64,000 nucleotides of DNA from Anaerolineae bacterium (GTDB taxonomy: Bacteria > Chloroflexota > Anaerolineae > Aggregatilineales > J027): the NCBI GenBank assembly GCA_019913005.1, contig JAIOHL010000105.1:11177-75176 (forward strand). Direction: 5' to 3'. How positions within the stretch are numbered: position 1 is the stretch's first letter; each line of letters begins with the position of its first letter. Positions 1-8,894 of this stretch are shown here, one piece after another. The position numbers and the translations under genes are program-made. The notes beneath the pieces are model-generated. The model made no database searches. It saw only the letters and a list, made by a program, of their open reading frames with translations, and was not told the DNA's origin.

Positions 1-144
1 TAACAGCATCCCAATCAGGCCAGCCAACATCCATCGCTTGAACATGTTTTATCACCTAACATGAGTGCATGAATTAACTTCCAACATTGTACCGTGATTT
101 TGCCATCGAATTTGTCTTAACCCATAAACACAAACCAACCTCGC

Positions 145-173
145 TTGATTATTTATTATCTCCTTTCTACAAT
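145..173 (+). promoter_or_regulatory. Candidate sigma-70-type promoter for the 212..1837 gene
   Basis: TTGATT (145-150), 17-nt spacer, TACAAT (168-173). It lies about 40 nt upstream of the ATG at 212. Sequence match only. Confidence 0.35.
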
Positions 174-211
174 AGGCATGTTCACTGATTACGCGCATTG
201 GGGGTCAAATT

Positions 212-1837
212 ATGCCGCAGCTTTTCTCTAGAGCAGATGAAAACGGTTGGGTGACGCCTGCCGCCGCTGATGTGGGGGTCGCGCCTGCTGAAAAACCCTA
301 TGACGCCAAATATCTCTATCAACAAGCCAATCTGATTCAGCGCCGCTTTGCCGAATTAAGCACACCGGTACGTATTGTGGATGTACGTGCCTCGCCATCA
401 CATTTACGTTTCTTGCTGCGTCCGGCCATCAGTGGACAAACAGCCCAATTAGGCGGCATTACCGAAAATCTGCGCCCGGCCCTGCCCGGCTTACAACGAA
501 GCCTGAAGGCCGAATTGGTAGAACTCTACCCCGCACAGAAATCCGGTGAAGGTGCAGTGCTGTTGGTGCGGCCAGAAAACCCGATCCCACTCAGTTTGGA
601 TTATTTGTTGGGGCAAGAAAATTTCCTAAATATCGCCGAACCAACTGCCCTATCGCTGGGATTGAGCCTCAACCAGCAGACCATCGTGCGCGATTTGCGA
701 TCCATGCCCCACCTGCTAATTGTTGGCGATGCCCCCCAACGATTACATTTGATGTCGGCCTTGATTTTGCAGTTATGCCTATTTAACACGCCTGCCGAAT
801 TCCGTTTTGCCTTGATCGGGGCACGCACCGAGATCATGGATGCTCTTGCGCAAAGCCCCCATATCCTCGGCGGCACGCTGCACACCCTCAAAGAATTTCG
901 ACGTTTGTTAGATGGCCTGATTAAACATCTCGGCCAGCGCAAAAATCAATTTAATCAGCAAAACGCCAAGACGCTTGATGAATATAATGAATCGGTCAAA
1001 GGCCAGCCGCAAAAACCCTTCCCACGTTTATTGATTACGCTCGATGCCGTCTCGGTCAAAGGTTGGGGTGAGGATCGCCAAGCGTGGTTTTCTAATCTGT
1101 ATCGCTTGGTCAAAGAAGGGCCAGCGCTCGGCTTGCATATCGTGTTAGCTGTGCCTGATTTACAATCTACTACCGTGCCCTCACAGCTTTTGGAATTGAT
1201 GCCGGAGCAGATGATTTTGCGTTCGGCCTTTAATACGGTCAATTGGGCACAGCCGCCTGCCGCATTCCCTGTCGCGTTGATTGACAGCATGTATCGCGCC
1301 AATGGGACGGCCCCCCAACCCGTTGAACTGCCAGAAGTGGATAACAAACAAATCGGGCAGATTCTCAAATATTGGCGGCGTGTGGCGACCCTCCGCAACA
1401 CCGACAGCCCCGATGCAGCCCCCATTCCGCCGACAGGCTTAACCGGGTATCTGCGGCGCACAGGCCAAACGGGGGCTTTATTGGCGGCCCGGCAGCAGCG
1501 CGAAGCCGAACAAAGTGATGCCAGCCTATCCGCAGCGATATTGGCGGAAGTACCTGCCATCATCAAAGCCGAACGCGATACCAAACCCGATCTACCTGTG
1601 GTGGATGAAAATACCCCCCCCGTGCCGCGCCATTTCTTGTTATTGGAGAAAAAATATCGGCGGGCGGGGGCGTTGGCGGCCTATCTGGGTTGGTTGAGCA
1701 TCGGGCCATTGATTGATGTGTTGGAACAGTCGCCCCAAGAGTCACGTGCTACCCTCAAGGCCTTGCAGGAGGCCGGGTTATTGGAGGCGGGTGAAAGCCC
1801 CATGCTGCGGTTTATGCGCTTGAGCGAGGAAGAATAG
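212..1837 (+). CDS. Soluble FtsK/SpoIIIE-family protein with degenerate Walker A and B motifs (predicted non-catalytic)
   Basis: 541-aa ORF with a G-rich stretch before the ATG. SMPHLLIVGDAPQRLHLMSALILQL matches the FtsK motor block KMPHLL.AGTTGSGKSV..N..I.SL, but the P-loop reads GDAPQRLH. LLITLDAVS sits where hhhhDE is expected. LGLHIVLAVPD resembles AAGIHLILATQRP. There are no TM segments. The C-terminal SRATLKALQEAGLLEAGES resembles a gamma-type winged helix. Confidence 0.6.
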   Translation: MPQLFSRADENGWVTPAAADVGVAPAEKPYDAKYLYQQANLIQRRFAELSTPVRIVDVRASPSHLRFLLRPAISGQTAQLGGITENLRPALPGLQRSLKAELVELYPAQKSGEGAVLLVRPENPIPLSLDYLLGQENFLNIAEPTALSLGLSLNQQTIVRDLRSMPHLLIVGDAPQRLHLMSALILQLCLFNTPAEFRFALIGARTEIMDALAQSPHILGGTLHTLKEFRRLLDGLIKHLGQRKNQFNQQNAKTLDEYNESVKGQPQKPFPRLLITLDAVSVKGWGEDRQAWFSNLYRLVKEGPALGLHIVLAVPDLQSTTVPSQLLELMPEQMILRSAFNTVNWAQPPAAFPVALIDSMYRANGTAPQPVELPEVDNKQIGQILKYWRRVATLRNTDSPDAAPIPPTGLTGYLRRTGQTGALLAARQQREAEQSDASLSAAILAEVPAIIKAERDTKPDLPVVDENTPPVPRHFLLLEKKYRRAGALAAYLGWLSIGPLIDVLEQSPQESRATLKALQEAGLLEAGESPMLRFMRLSEEE

Positions 1838-1854
1838 GAAAAACGGTGTCAGAA

Positions 1855-3582
1855 CTACTCTGACCGCACCCATTCATCATAGGGTAGAGAATAGAAGCAA
1901 ATATTTTCCTGAGAGAAAAACTCAGTGAAATCTTCGAGAGTCTCAAATGTTGTAATATCTTCAATATCCCACTCGATTAATGTATTAGCATTGCGCGAAC
2001 GAACCACATCCCAAACTAATTCTTCTTCCAACAAAGTGGGTAGTGGGATTTCCTCTGATTGTATCCAGATATACACTTCAGAAATGGCTGTAATTTTGTC
2101 ACAAATAAATAGAGTGGAGTTATTTTCGGTAGAAAACGACGAAATATAATACATGATATAAAAGTTTTGGCTGTAATATCTAATGCTTAATGTATAACTC
2201 GTTTTCATTGGCCCCAAAGGGTAAGCAATAGTAATTTCATCTGGCTCACCATGGGTTGACAAAATACCATCAGGCATGAGGGAGGATAAGTCAAGATAGC
2301 TTTCATAAGGACGCTCAAAATGGATAGATGCTGCAACCAATTGATTTTCGTCGTCCGCCACTAATCGCAACGAAAGGGTCGTATCTTCCTCATCCCCAAA
2401 CTCTGATTCAGGAGCAATATTAAAACGATGCCAAGCCATCATGAAAGTATCATCTTGATATGTCGAAAAAGCCTGACCGAAATAACTGATTAGCCTTCTT
2501 TGGGTTGATGCTAGGTTATCTTCTCCTATTTGGAATCCCCACCAGCAGGGAAGATCACAACTCGAATCAGAAACGAGTGACTGCAAGGTATCTAATTCTT
2601 GGTCGTTTACAGGTGTGGCAGTCGGTGTCGGTGCGACAAACGGCGTATTGACAGTCTGAATTTGCAGCACCCCATCTTGGATATAGGCAATCTGACTCCC
2701 GTCGGGGCTTAATGCAAAGCGAGAATGATTCGAGATAACCGTCGGAAGTAGTTGTTGGGTACGTATATCCCAAACCATGATGCCATTACTAGAAAAACCT
2801 GCTATTGTATTTCCCTTCCAGTCAATTACAGTAAATGAACTATTATTGCTTGACAAAATAACAGGTGAGGCCTCAGGGTCTGGTTGCGAGAGATCCAAAA
2901 TATGAACTTCGTTATAGAAACCCACCTCAGATTGTCGAATTGCGATATGCTGGCTGTCATTTCCCCACGATCCCCAACCAGCGGGCAAGGCAGGTTGTAT
3001 TAAGTGTTGTAGCGTCCCTGTTAAGCCATTCCAAATAGTGACATCTCCAAAAAAGTCAACTATGCTACCACCATCAGGACTCCACTTTACGCCACTAGAG
3101 AAGTCATCAGGTTGGATAGTCCGCTCTAGGATTCCCGTATCAGCATTCCAAACACGAATTCCCACTCCACTAACGGCGACTAAGTTACTGATAGGACTCC
3201 AATCCAAATTCTCAACATCTTCCCCTTTCATTCCTTCATCTATAATCGTGCGTATTAGTGACGGGGAGGTGGGTAAACTGATATCCCAAATTTCAATCTG
3301 ACCTATAAGCATAGATTCTGGTCGGTTATGTCGAAGCAACGCTACAAAATGCCCATCCGGACTCCATGCAATGTCATCAATAAAACCCTCTGTAATTTGG
3401 TGAAAAATATCCGCCGTATATAACCATGCGCCATCAAACGAAGCCAGAGCGATTGACGCTCCATCCGGACTCCATTCAATTCCGAATATAGGGTGTTCAA
3501 AGATTGGTTGCTGCCCTGCACTTTGTCCAATCGGGGCAAGGCAGCAAATCACCAGAAGCATAATCGAAACCAGCCGTTTCAT
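1855..3582 (-). CDS. Secreted beta-propeller protein (WD40-like/PD40 WSPDG repeats) with an uncharacterised C-terminal domain
   Basis: 575-aa ORF with a signal peptide (MKRLVSIMLLVICCLAPIGQSAG). Blade motifs are EWSPDGASIALAS, AWSPDGHFVALL, DWSPISNLVAV, KWSPDGGSIV and LSPDGSQIAYI. An APTPTATP linker precedes a roughly 250-aa C-terminal region I do not recognise. GC is about 35-47%, against about 55-60% in the flanks. Confidence 0.7.
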   Translation of the reverse strand: MKRLVSIMLLVICCLAPIGQSAGQQPIFEHPIFGIEWSPDGASIALASFDGAWLYTADIFHQITEGFIDDIAWSPDGHFVALLRHNRPESMLIGQIEIWDISLPTSPSLIRTIIDEGMKGEDVENLDWSPISNLVAVSGVGIRVWNADTGILERTIQPDDFSSGVKWSPDGGSIVDFFGDVTIWNGLTGTLQHLIQPALPAGWGSWGNDSQHIAIRQSEVGFYNEVHILDLSQPDPEASPVILSSNNSSFTVIDWKGNTIAGFSSNGIMVWDIRTQQLLPTVISNHSRFALSPDGSQIAYIQDGVLQIQTVNTPFVAPTPTATPVNDQELDTLQSLVSDSSCDLPCWWGFQIGEDNLASTQRRLISYFGQAFSTYQDDTFMMAWHRFNIAPESEFGDEEDTTLSLRLVADDENQLVAASIHFERPYESYLDLSSLMPDGILSTHGEPDEITIAYPLGPMKTSYTLSIRYYSQNFYIMYYISSFSTENNSTLFICDKITAISEVYIWIQSEEIPLPTLLEEELVWDVVRSRNANTLIEWDIEDITTFETLEDFTEFFSQENICFYSLPYDEWVRSE

Positions 3583-3590
3583 AAGTCACC

Positions 3591-5135
3591 TCACGACTCA
3601 GGCGTCGGGGTCACATCCACTGGCGCACGCACATCCCGATCTACACAGGCCGAATAATTGGAGGTCAGATACACCGCAAAATCGCTTGTCCGGTTGGGGT
3701 CTGGTTGAACGATGATATTATCAGGAGGGATATTTAGAATTTCCACCAGTGTATCAAGGATACTACCTTTGTCCTCCCCGGTGTAATCAATCAAAATCGT
3801 ATCAGGACGGTCAGCATATTCGGCAGGCGGCACACCCTCGCCCATCGGTTGTGAAAGCACGCCTTCCCATAACAAACGATCCGCTGCAACGTAATCCATC
3901 TGCACGCCCAAGCCGCTATTGTCATAAATGGCGACCTGACTGCCCTCACTCGCCAAACGATTTTCCGTCGAGGGGGTCAAAAAGGCCTGAATCGTGTTGA
4001 TGATGCCGAGTTGGGGAATTTGCACGTTGCTGCCGTCGGGGGATGTCCATGATACGGTTTCAAAGCCCAGTCGGAAGAAATGGTTTTCAATCTGGTTTGG
4101 TTCAAGGCCCAGCGCAATCGGGGCAAGCTGAATCATCACATCCAGCGGGATATTGGTCTCGACCACATCCGTCAATTGGTCATACAACGCGGGGATGTCC
4201 GTTACCCAACTGCCCTGTTTCCCCTGTGCCCAGATCGCCCGCAAAATCTGCTGCTGACGGCGACCTCGGTCAAAGTCGCTGCTAGAATGGCGACTGCGGG
4301 CATAAAATAACGCGGTGATGCTGTCCATATGATGCACGCCGACGGGCAGGGTATAAAATTCAAAAATCGGCTCATTGTTGGCGTCATATTCGCCCGTAAA
4401 TTTATAGTCTTGGATGGCACAGTCTACCGCCACTGTCACCCCCCCAAGCGTATCAATCACCTGTTTAAAGCCACTGAAATCAATCATGGCGAAATAGTGG
4501 ATGCGGATGCCAAAATTGTAGAGGATGGTCTGGCGCAAAAGACCAAATCCGCCGTCCGTCCAACCCACCGCCTCGCCCCGTCCCCACGCCAAATTCAACC
4601 GCTGCATCCCCCAATCCGGGATATACACCAACAGGTCACGCGGGAGGGAAAGCATTGAAACCGTTTGGGTGGTCAGATTAACACTGACGATAATCATGGT
4701 GTCGGTACGATACACCCCGTCCGCTTGGTCAATGGATTCGCTGTCCTTGCCGAGCAGCAGGAAATTGTAGAGTTCATATTCCGTGCCTTCCCGATCACGC
4801 GCCACCAACAGCGGCATTCGGGTGGGCACCAGCGTTCCATTCGAGACAAGGCCGGGTTCGGGATTCAGCGGATACAGCACCGTCGGGGTAGCGAGGGGTG
4901 CGCTTGAGATTGGCTGAGGGGTAGACGTTGGCGGAACGGTTTCAATGGTGGGGGTCGGCGTCAAGAATGGCGCAAGTGGAAGCACATCGGAGGTGTTGGT
5001 CGGGAATGGCGTAAAATCGCCCTGCCGATGCCCGGAGGCATTTGCATTTTGTTGGGTGGCCGTGATTGCCAATAATAAACTGACCACCATCACCAACCCA
5101 CTCATTCCAAACCAAAATCGTTGCTGCCTAGCCAT
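3591..5135 (-). CDS. LytR-CpsA-Psr (LCP) family cell-wall glycopolymer ligase
   Basis: 514 aa. It has an N-terminal membrane anchor, a PT-rich linker, an LCP core (NFLLLGKDS, RTDTMIIVSVN, SLPRDL) and a LytR_C-like tail. Its stop lies 8 nt from the start of the downstream 1855..3582 gene, so the two are probably one operon. Confidence 0.85.
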   Translation of the reverse strand: MARQQRFWFGMSGLVMVVSLLLAITATQQNANASGHRQGDFTPFPTNTSDVLPLAPFLTPTPTIETVPPTSTPQPISSAPLATPTVLYPLNPEPGLVSNGTLVPTRMPLLVARDREGTEYELYNFLLLGKDSESIDQADGVYRTDTMIIVSVNLTTQTVSMLSLPRDLLVYIPDWGMQRLNLAWGRGEAVGWTDGGFGLLRQTILYNFGIRIHYFAMIDFSGFKQVIDTLGGVTVAVDCAIQDYKFTGEYDANNEPIFEFYTLPVGVHHMDSITALFYARSRHSSSDFDRGRRQQQILRAIWAQGKQGSWVTDIPALYDQLTDVVETNIPLDVMIQLAPIALGLEPNQIENHFFRLGFETVSWTSPDGSNVQIPQLGIINTIQAFLTPSTENRLASEGSQVAIYDNSGLGVQMDYVAADRLLWEGVLSQPMGEGVPPAEYADRPDTILIDYTGEDKGSILDTLVEILNIPPDNIIVQPDPNRTSDFAVYLTSNYSACVDRDVRAPVDVTPTPES

Positions 5136-5358
5136 GCGCCATCTCCCAAAACAATAAATCTTGTGTATCCAAAATCGGCAAGCAACTATAGCGCCTTCCC
5201 CAACCGCCTGCCAAGACTAGGCGACCATGCGTAGGGCAGACGCGCATAACCACCCTCCAACGTTTTTGATACCTGACTCGTACCCTAGAAGCTATTTCCT
5301 GCTCTCATGCTGTAAACACCTGTGCTATACTGACGATAAAGATTTTGTCTAGTATCCG

Positions 5359-8300
5359 TTGGAGCGCGATTTGGACACCGCCCAAGATTTTGTCAACTTG
5401 TTTGTGGATTCAACTGGCGAACTGCTCTATTTCATCGGCATCTTCGTCATCTACATGGCGGCGCTGTTTATGGCGTTGGGCCAGCGGATGCGCTCCAAAG
5501 AAGAATGGGCCGCCGGACGATATACGGTTGGGTTGTTCCTTGTCCAACTCGTTTGGGTGTCGCTGATGTTAGGGTCACTGGTTGGCATTGTCACCGATGA
5601 CGACTCCATGAAAATCCTGCCTCCCCTCGAACGCGCCGCGAATGCCCTTGTGCTGGTCTTGATCGGATGGGCACTCATCACCGCAGAAAAAGAGAAAAAA
5701 GATCGTTTCGCAGGCTTTGTGGTGTTTAGTTTATGTGCCCTGTTAATCGCTGGGCTGGCCTTTAATTATTCCGAGTGGAATCCCGACCAAGATTTTAATA
5801 CTCAATCCTTTAGTCTATCATGGACGTTTGTACCGACCATCTTGGCAATTTTTGGCTTCCTGCTGCTGATTACGCGCTACAAATTTGTCGCTGACATCCC
5901 GCTGAAACTGCTATTTTTCGTGACCATCCTTATCGGCCACATTTACACCCTCTACCAACTTGCCAATGAAAAATTGGAGGGAGACGCGGCGGGGGGTCTG
6001 CGCTGGACATTTTTAGCGGGCAGTTTGTTGGTGATGGTCGTGGTCTATCGCATGGTGATTGACCGCCTAACCAATGCGATTGACCAAGTGGCCCATTACG
6101 CCGAAAGCATTTCACGTCCATTCGCCACCATTTCACCCACCGGAGACGCTTCTTCGGGCCGTGAAATTGAGGATATGAGCCGCACCGTCACGGCTGAGAC
6201 CGCTGGCATTTCGTCATTAGGGGGACGGAACGAGGCACTTGAAATTATCAAATCACTCGGCACGATGTTGGATAAAGCCGAAACCGATGTCCTACCCCGC
6301 CAAATCGTGATGGCAGTCGCTGAAGCCGTCAAGGCGGATGTGGCGGCGTTGGTCGTTTATGAAGATGCAAATTGGGCAGATGTCATTGCGGCCTACAATC
6401 AAAGTGAGCGTGAACCGATTACGGGCATGTCGTCGCTCAATTTGGAAGAGCAGCCGACTCTCGTCAACGCGATTGAAACCCGCCGCCAGCGTGAACTCAA
6501 AATTGAGGAGCATGGCGAAGAACTGCTTGATTTATATACCCGTCTGGATGTGCCCCACATCGGGCCGACCTATTTGCAGCCCCTGATTCGCAATCAAAAA
6601 GTAGTGGGGGTGTTGATCGTCGGCACACCCTATACTCGCCGTGAACTGCGCGTCAATGATCTACGTCTGCTGGAATCTATTGGCCCACTCGCAGCGCGTC
6701 TGCTGGTCATCAGCCGCACCGCCTTTTTGAATCGGGTACAGGCCGAAGAACGCGCCATCCTCTCGATTATCGAAGGCGATACTTCCGATTCATTGGATGA
6801 AGGCAGCATGATGGCGGCCCGACAGGAAATGCAGGCCAGCCTGACGCTTGCCGAAAATCAGATTAACCACCTGACTGAACTCATCCGCGAACTGCAAATT
6901 GAATTGGATTACGAGCGCAGCCGCATCCGTGAGTTTTTGGGGGATGACCCCGACGCGCAGAGTATCACACAGCGCATTGAGGCCATTTCCAAAGAACGCC
7001 TGCAACTGCAAAGTGAGCGCCATAAACTCGCAATCGCCTTACAGGAGGCCCGTGCCACATTGGTCGGCGTGACCTCTGAGGGCGATGTTGAGATGTACGA
7101 GCGGCTGATTGAAGCCATGCGCCGCGAATTGGGTGATCTACAGACACAAAAGACCCAACTCGAGCAGCAAATTGCTGAAGTCCGCGCGGGCAAAGGCGCC
7201 CCACCTAATCAACAACTGCTGCAAATGCTCAACACGTTGACCGAAGAAAAAGTGCGGATTGCCGTCGAACGAGACAGCATCTCCAAAGAATTGGAACAGA
7301 CTCGCAGCGAACTGAATGCACGCGGGATTGAAGGCGGGGCGCTCGAACTCACCAAGCAGTTGGCCCAACTGAGCGAAGAGCGTGCCCAATACAAAACACT
7401 AGCTGAAAAGGCCATGAGCGAACGGGATGCCCTGCTCAAAGAACGGCAAAATCTCGAAACCGCCATTTCGCACGAAAACGAACGCGACAGCAAGATTAGC
7501 GCGTTGGAAGCGGAAATCGCCCGTTTGATGCAAGACCGTGAAGCTATCGCCAAAAGTCGCGGCAGCCTGAAAAATGAATATCAAACGTTGGTGCTAGAAC
7601 GGGAACAGTGGCAAGTAGACCGTGCCCGTATGATCGCCCACAACGACTCGCTGAAAATGGAATTGGATGAGACGCTGGCTCTGCTGAATAAGGCCAATGA
7701 GGAACGCCAAGAATTATCTGGCGAGCGTGTCCAATTAAATGCCGAACATGACAATCTCCGCGCTGAATTAACCCGCCTGCAAACCGAATACGACACCCTC
7801 TTGGCTCGGTTGGAAGATGACCGCGAACGACTGGAAGAACTGAATACGGAGGGGGTCGGCACGCTGACAGGCATGATCGAAGAAATCACCCGCGAACGCA
7901 CCGGCCTTGAACAGTCGCTGATAAAGGCCAATGAGGACATCGAAATCTACAAGCGCCAAATTGAAAAACTCAGCATACCGTCCGCTGTGCCCGTCACAGT
8001 GAACCCCTCCAGCACACAGGTGGAAAGCGATGCGGTGATCTCCGTCGCCCAAGAACTCCGCACCCCTCTATCGGTCATCATGGGTTATACCGATGTACTG
8101 CTCGGCGAATCGGTGGGGATTTTGGGGGCATTACAGCGTCAATTTTTGACCCGTGTCAAAGCCAATGTAGATCGGCTGGCCCGTCTGGTCGAAGATTTGA
8201 TCCGCATCTCGACTCTCGACAGTGGCAATTTACGATTGCATCCACAAAAGCTCAATCTAGTGGATTTAATTGACGATGCCATCACCAACAGCCGCTATAA

Positions 8301-8793
8301 ATTTGGCGAAAAAGGCATTGTCTTGGACATGGACATCGCTGAGGATAATCTGCCGATTGAAGCTGACCCCGAAGCCATTCAGCAGGTCATTAATCAGTTG
8401 ATCCAAAATGCCTATCTGGTATCGCCAAATGATGGCAGTGTGCGCGTGGTGGCACGGCACGAAGCCAGTGTGCCGATTCCCAGCAACAATGGTCATTCTG
8501 AAATCATTCAGGATGTGGTCTATGTTGCCATCAGTGATGAAGGTGGCGGCGTTCCTCCCGAAGAACTCAAGCGGGTGTTTAGTGGCCTCTATCGCGCCGA
8601 CAGTCCATTGATTACCGGCCTAGGTGAGACAGGGGCGGGCATGTCTATTGCACGGGCCTTAATTGAAGCGCATGGCGGCAAAATCTGGATCGAAAGCACA
8701 CAGGGGATTGGCAACACCTTCAAATTCATCCTGCCCAGCACCCATCCCTATACCAAAACAAATGTCCCAGCAGAGACAGCCAAAGCAGAATAA
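5359..8793 (+). CDS. Membrane-bound GAF, coiled-coil, HisKA-like and HATPase_c protein: a histidine-kinase homolog lacking the phospho-acceptor His
   Basis: 1144-aa ORF. It has about 6-7 N-terminal TM helices, a GAF-like region, and about 400 aa of heptad-rich E/L/R/Q coiled coil. The H-box reads VAQELRTPLSVIMGY, with CAA (Gln) at 8050-8052 where His is expected. The N, G1, F and G2 boxes look intact (LIQNAYLVSP, ISDEGGGVP, VFSGLYRAD, GETGAGMSIARAL). The start is uncertain: TTG at 5359 has no clear SD. Confidence 0.85.
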   Translation: MERDLDTAQDFVNLFVDSTGELLYFIGIFVIYMAALFMALGQRMRSKEEWAAGRYTVGLFLVQLVWVSLMLGSLVGIVTDDDSMKILPPLERAANALVLVLIGWALITAEKEKKDRFAGFVVFSLCALLIAGLAFNYSEWNPDQDFNTQSFSLSWTFVPTILAIFGFLLLITRYKFVADIPLKLLFFVTILIGHIYTLYQLANEKLEGDAAGGLRWTFLAGSLLVMVVVYRMVIDRLTNAIDQVAHYAESISRPFATISPTGDASSGREIEDMSRTVTAETAGISSLGGRNEALEIIKSLGTMLDKAETDVLPRQIVMAVAEAVKADVAALVVYEDANWADVIAAYNQSEREPITGMSSLNLEEQPTLVNAIETRRQRELKIEEHGEELLDLYTRLDVPHIGPTYLQPLIRNQKVVGVLIVGTPYTRRELRVNDLRLLESIGPLAARLLVISRTAFLNRVQAEERAILSIIEGDTSDSLDEGSMMAARQEMQASLTLAENQINHLTELIRELQIELDYERSRIREFLGDDPDAQSITQRIEAISKERLQLQSERHKLAIALQEARATLVGVTSEGDVEMYERLIEAMRRELGDLQTQKTQLEQQIAEVRAGKGAPPNQQLLQMLNTLTEEKVRIAVERDSISKELEQTRSELNARGIEGGALELTKQLAQLSEERAQYKTLAEKAMSERDALLKERQNLETAISHENERDSKISALEAEIARLMQDREAIAKSRGSLKNEYQTLVLEREQWQVDRARMIAHNDSLKMELDETLALLNKANEERQELSGERVQLNAEHDNLRAELTRLQTEYDTLLARLEDDRERLEELNTEGVGTLTGMIEEITRERTGLEQSLIKANEDIEIYKRQIEKLSIPSAVPVTVNPSSTQVESDAVISVAQELRTPLSVIMGYTDVLLGESVGILGALQRQFLTRVKANVDRLARLVEDLIRISTLDSGNLRLHPQKLNLVDLIDDAITNSRYKFGEKGIVLDMDIAEDNLPIEADPEAIQQVINQLIQNAYLVSPNDGSVRVVARHEASVPIPSNNGHSEIIQDVVYVAISDEGGGVPPEELKRVFSGLYRADSPLITGLGETGAGMSIARALIEAHGGKIWIESTQGIGNTFKFILPSTHPYTKTNVPAETAKAE

Positions 8794-8813
8794 GACATCA
8801 AGTTTTTGGCAGA

Positions 8814-8842
8814 TTGACAAACCTCACGAGGTGGCATATCGT
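8814..8842 (+). promoter_or_regulatory. Candidate promoter for the 8895..10145 gene
   Basis: TTGACA (8814-8819), 17-nt spacer, TATCGT (8837-8842). An AGGAG RBS sits at 8883-8887, upstream of the ATG at 8895. Confidence 0.35.
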
Positions 8843-8894
8843 GATAAGGATATGCAATTCCCCCTATTTCACCAACATCATAGGAGCCATCGCT

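Noticed and set aside
1-45. Possible 5-prime end of a minus-strand gene leaving the window (ATG at 45; MFKRWMLAGLIGMLL..., signal-peptide-like)
   Set aside because: Only 15 codons are visible, which is too little to support a call. It is recorded here only because the 46-211 spacer would then be a divergent promoter region.
955-1584. 209-aa minus-strand ORF antisense to the FtsK-like gene. Similar long antisense ORFs lie at 9108-9746, 26805-27221, 36210-36773 and 10931-11347.
   Set aside because: Each is fully nested antisense to a CDS with recognisable family motifs. Their translations are Arg/Cys/Ser-rich with no motifs. This is consistent with chance open frames in moderately GC-rich DNA.
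5136-5358. Possible small RNA or riboswitch in the 223-nt spacer upstream of the kinase-like gene (TGcTATACT extended -10-like at about 5322-5330). I made the same check for the 243-nt spacer upstream of the CDF gene, looking for a metal riboswitch.
   Set aside because: I could not recognise any known riboswitch consensus or a stable conserved structure by eye. This would need a covariance-model (Rfam/Infernal) scan.
6790-8052. A series of 60-120-aa ORFs on the minus strand, plus some alternative-frame plus-strand ORFs, within the coiled-coil region of the kinase-like gene
   Set aside because: They lie entirely inside a strongly supported 1144-aa CDS. Their products are low-complexity Ser/Arg/Ala-rich, which is typical of the antisense of GAA/CTG/CGC-rich coiled-coil codons. 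They lack RBS-like sequences. I treat them as shadow ORFs.
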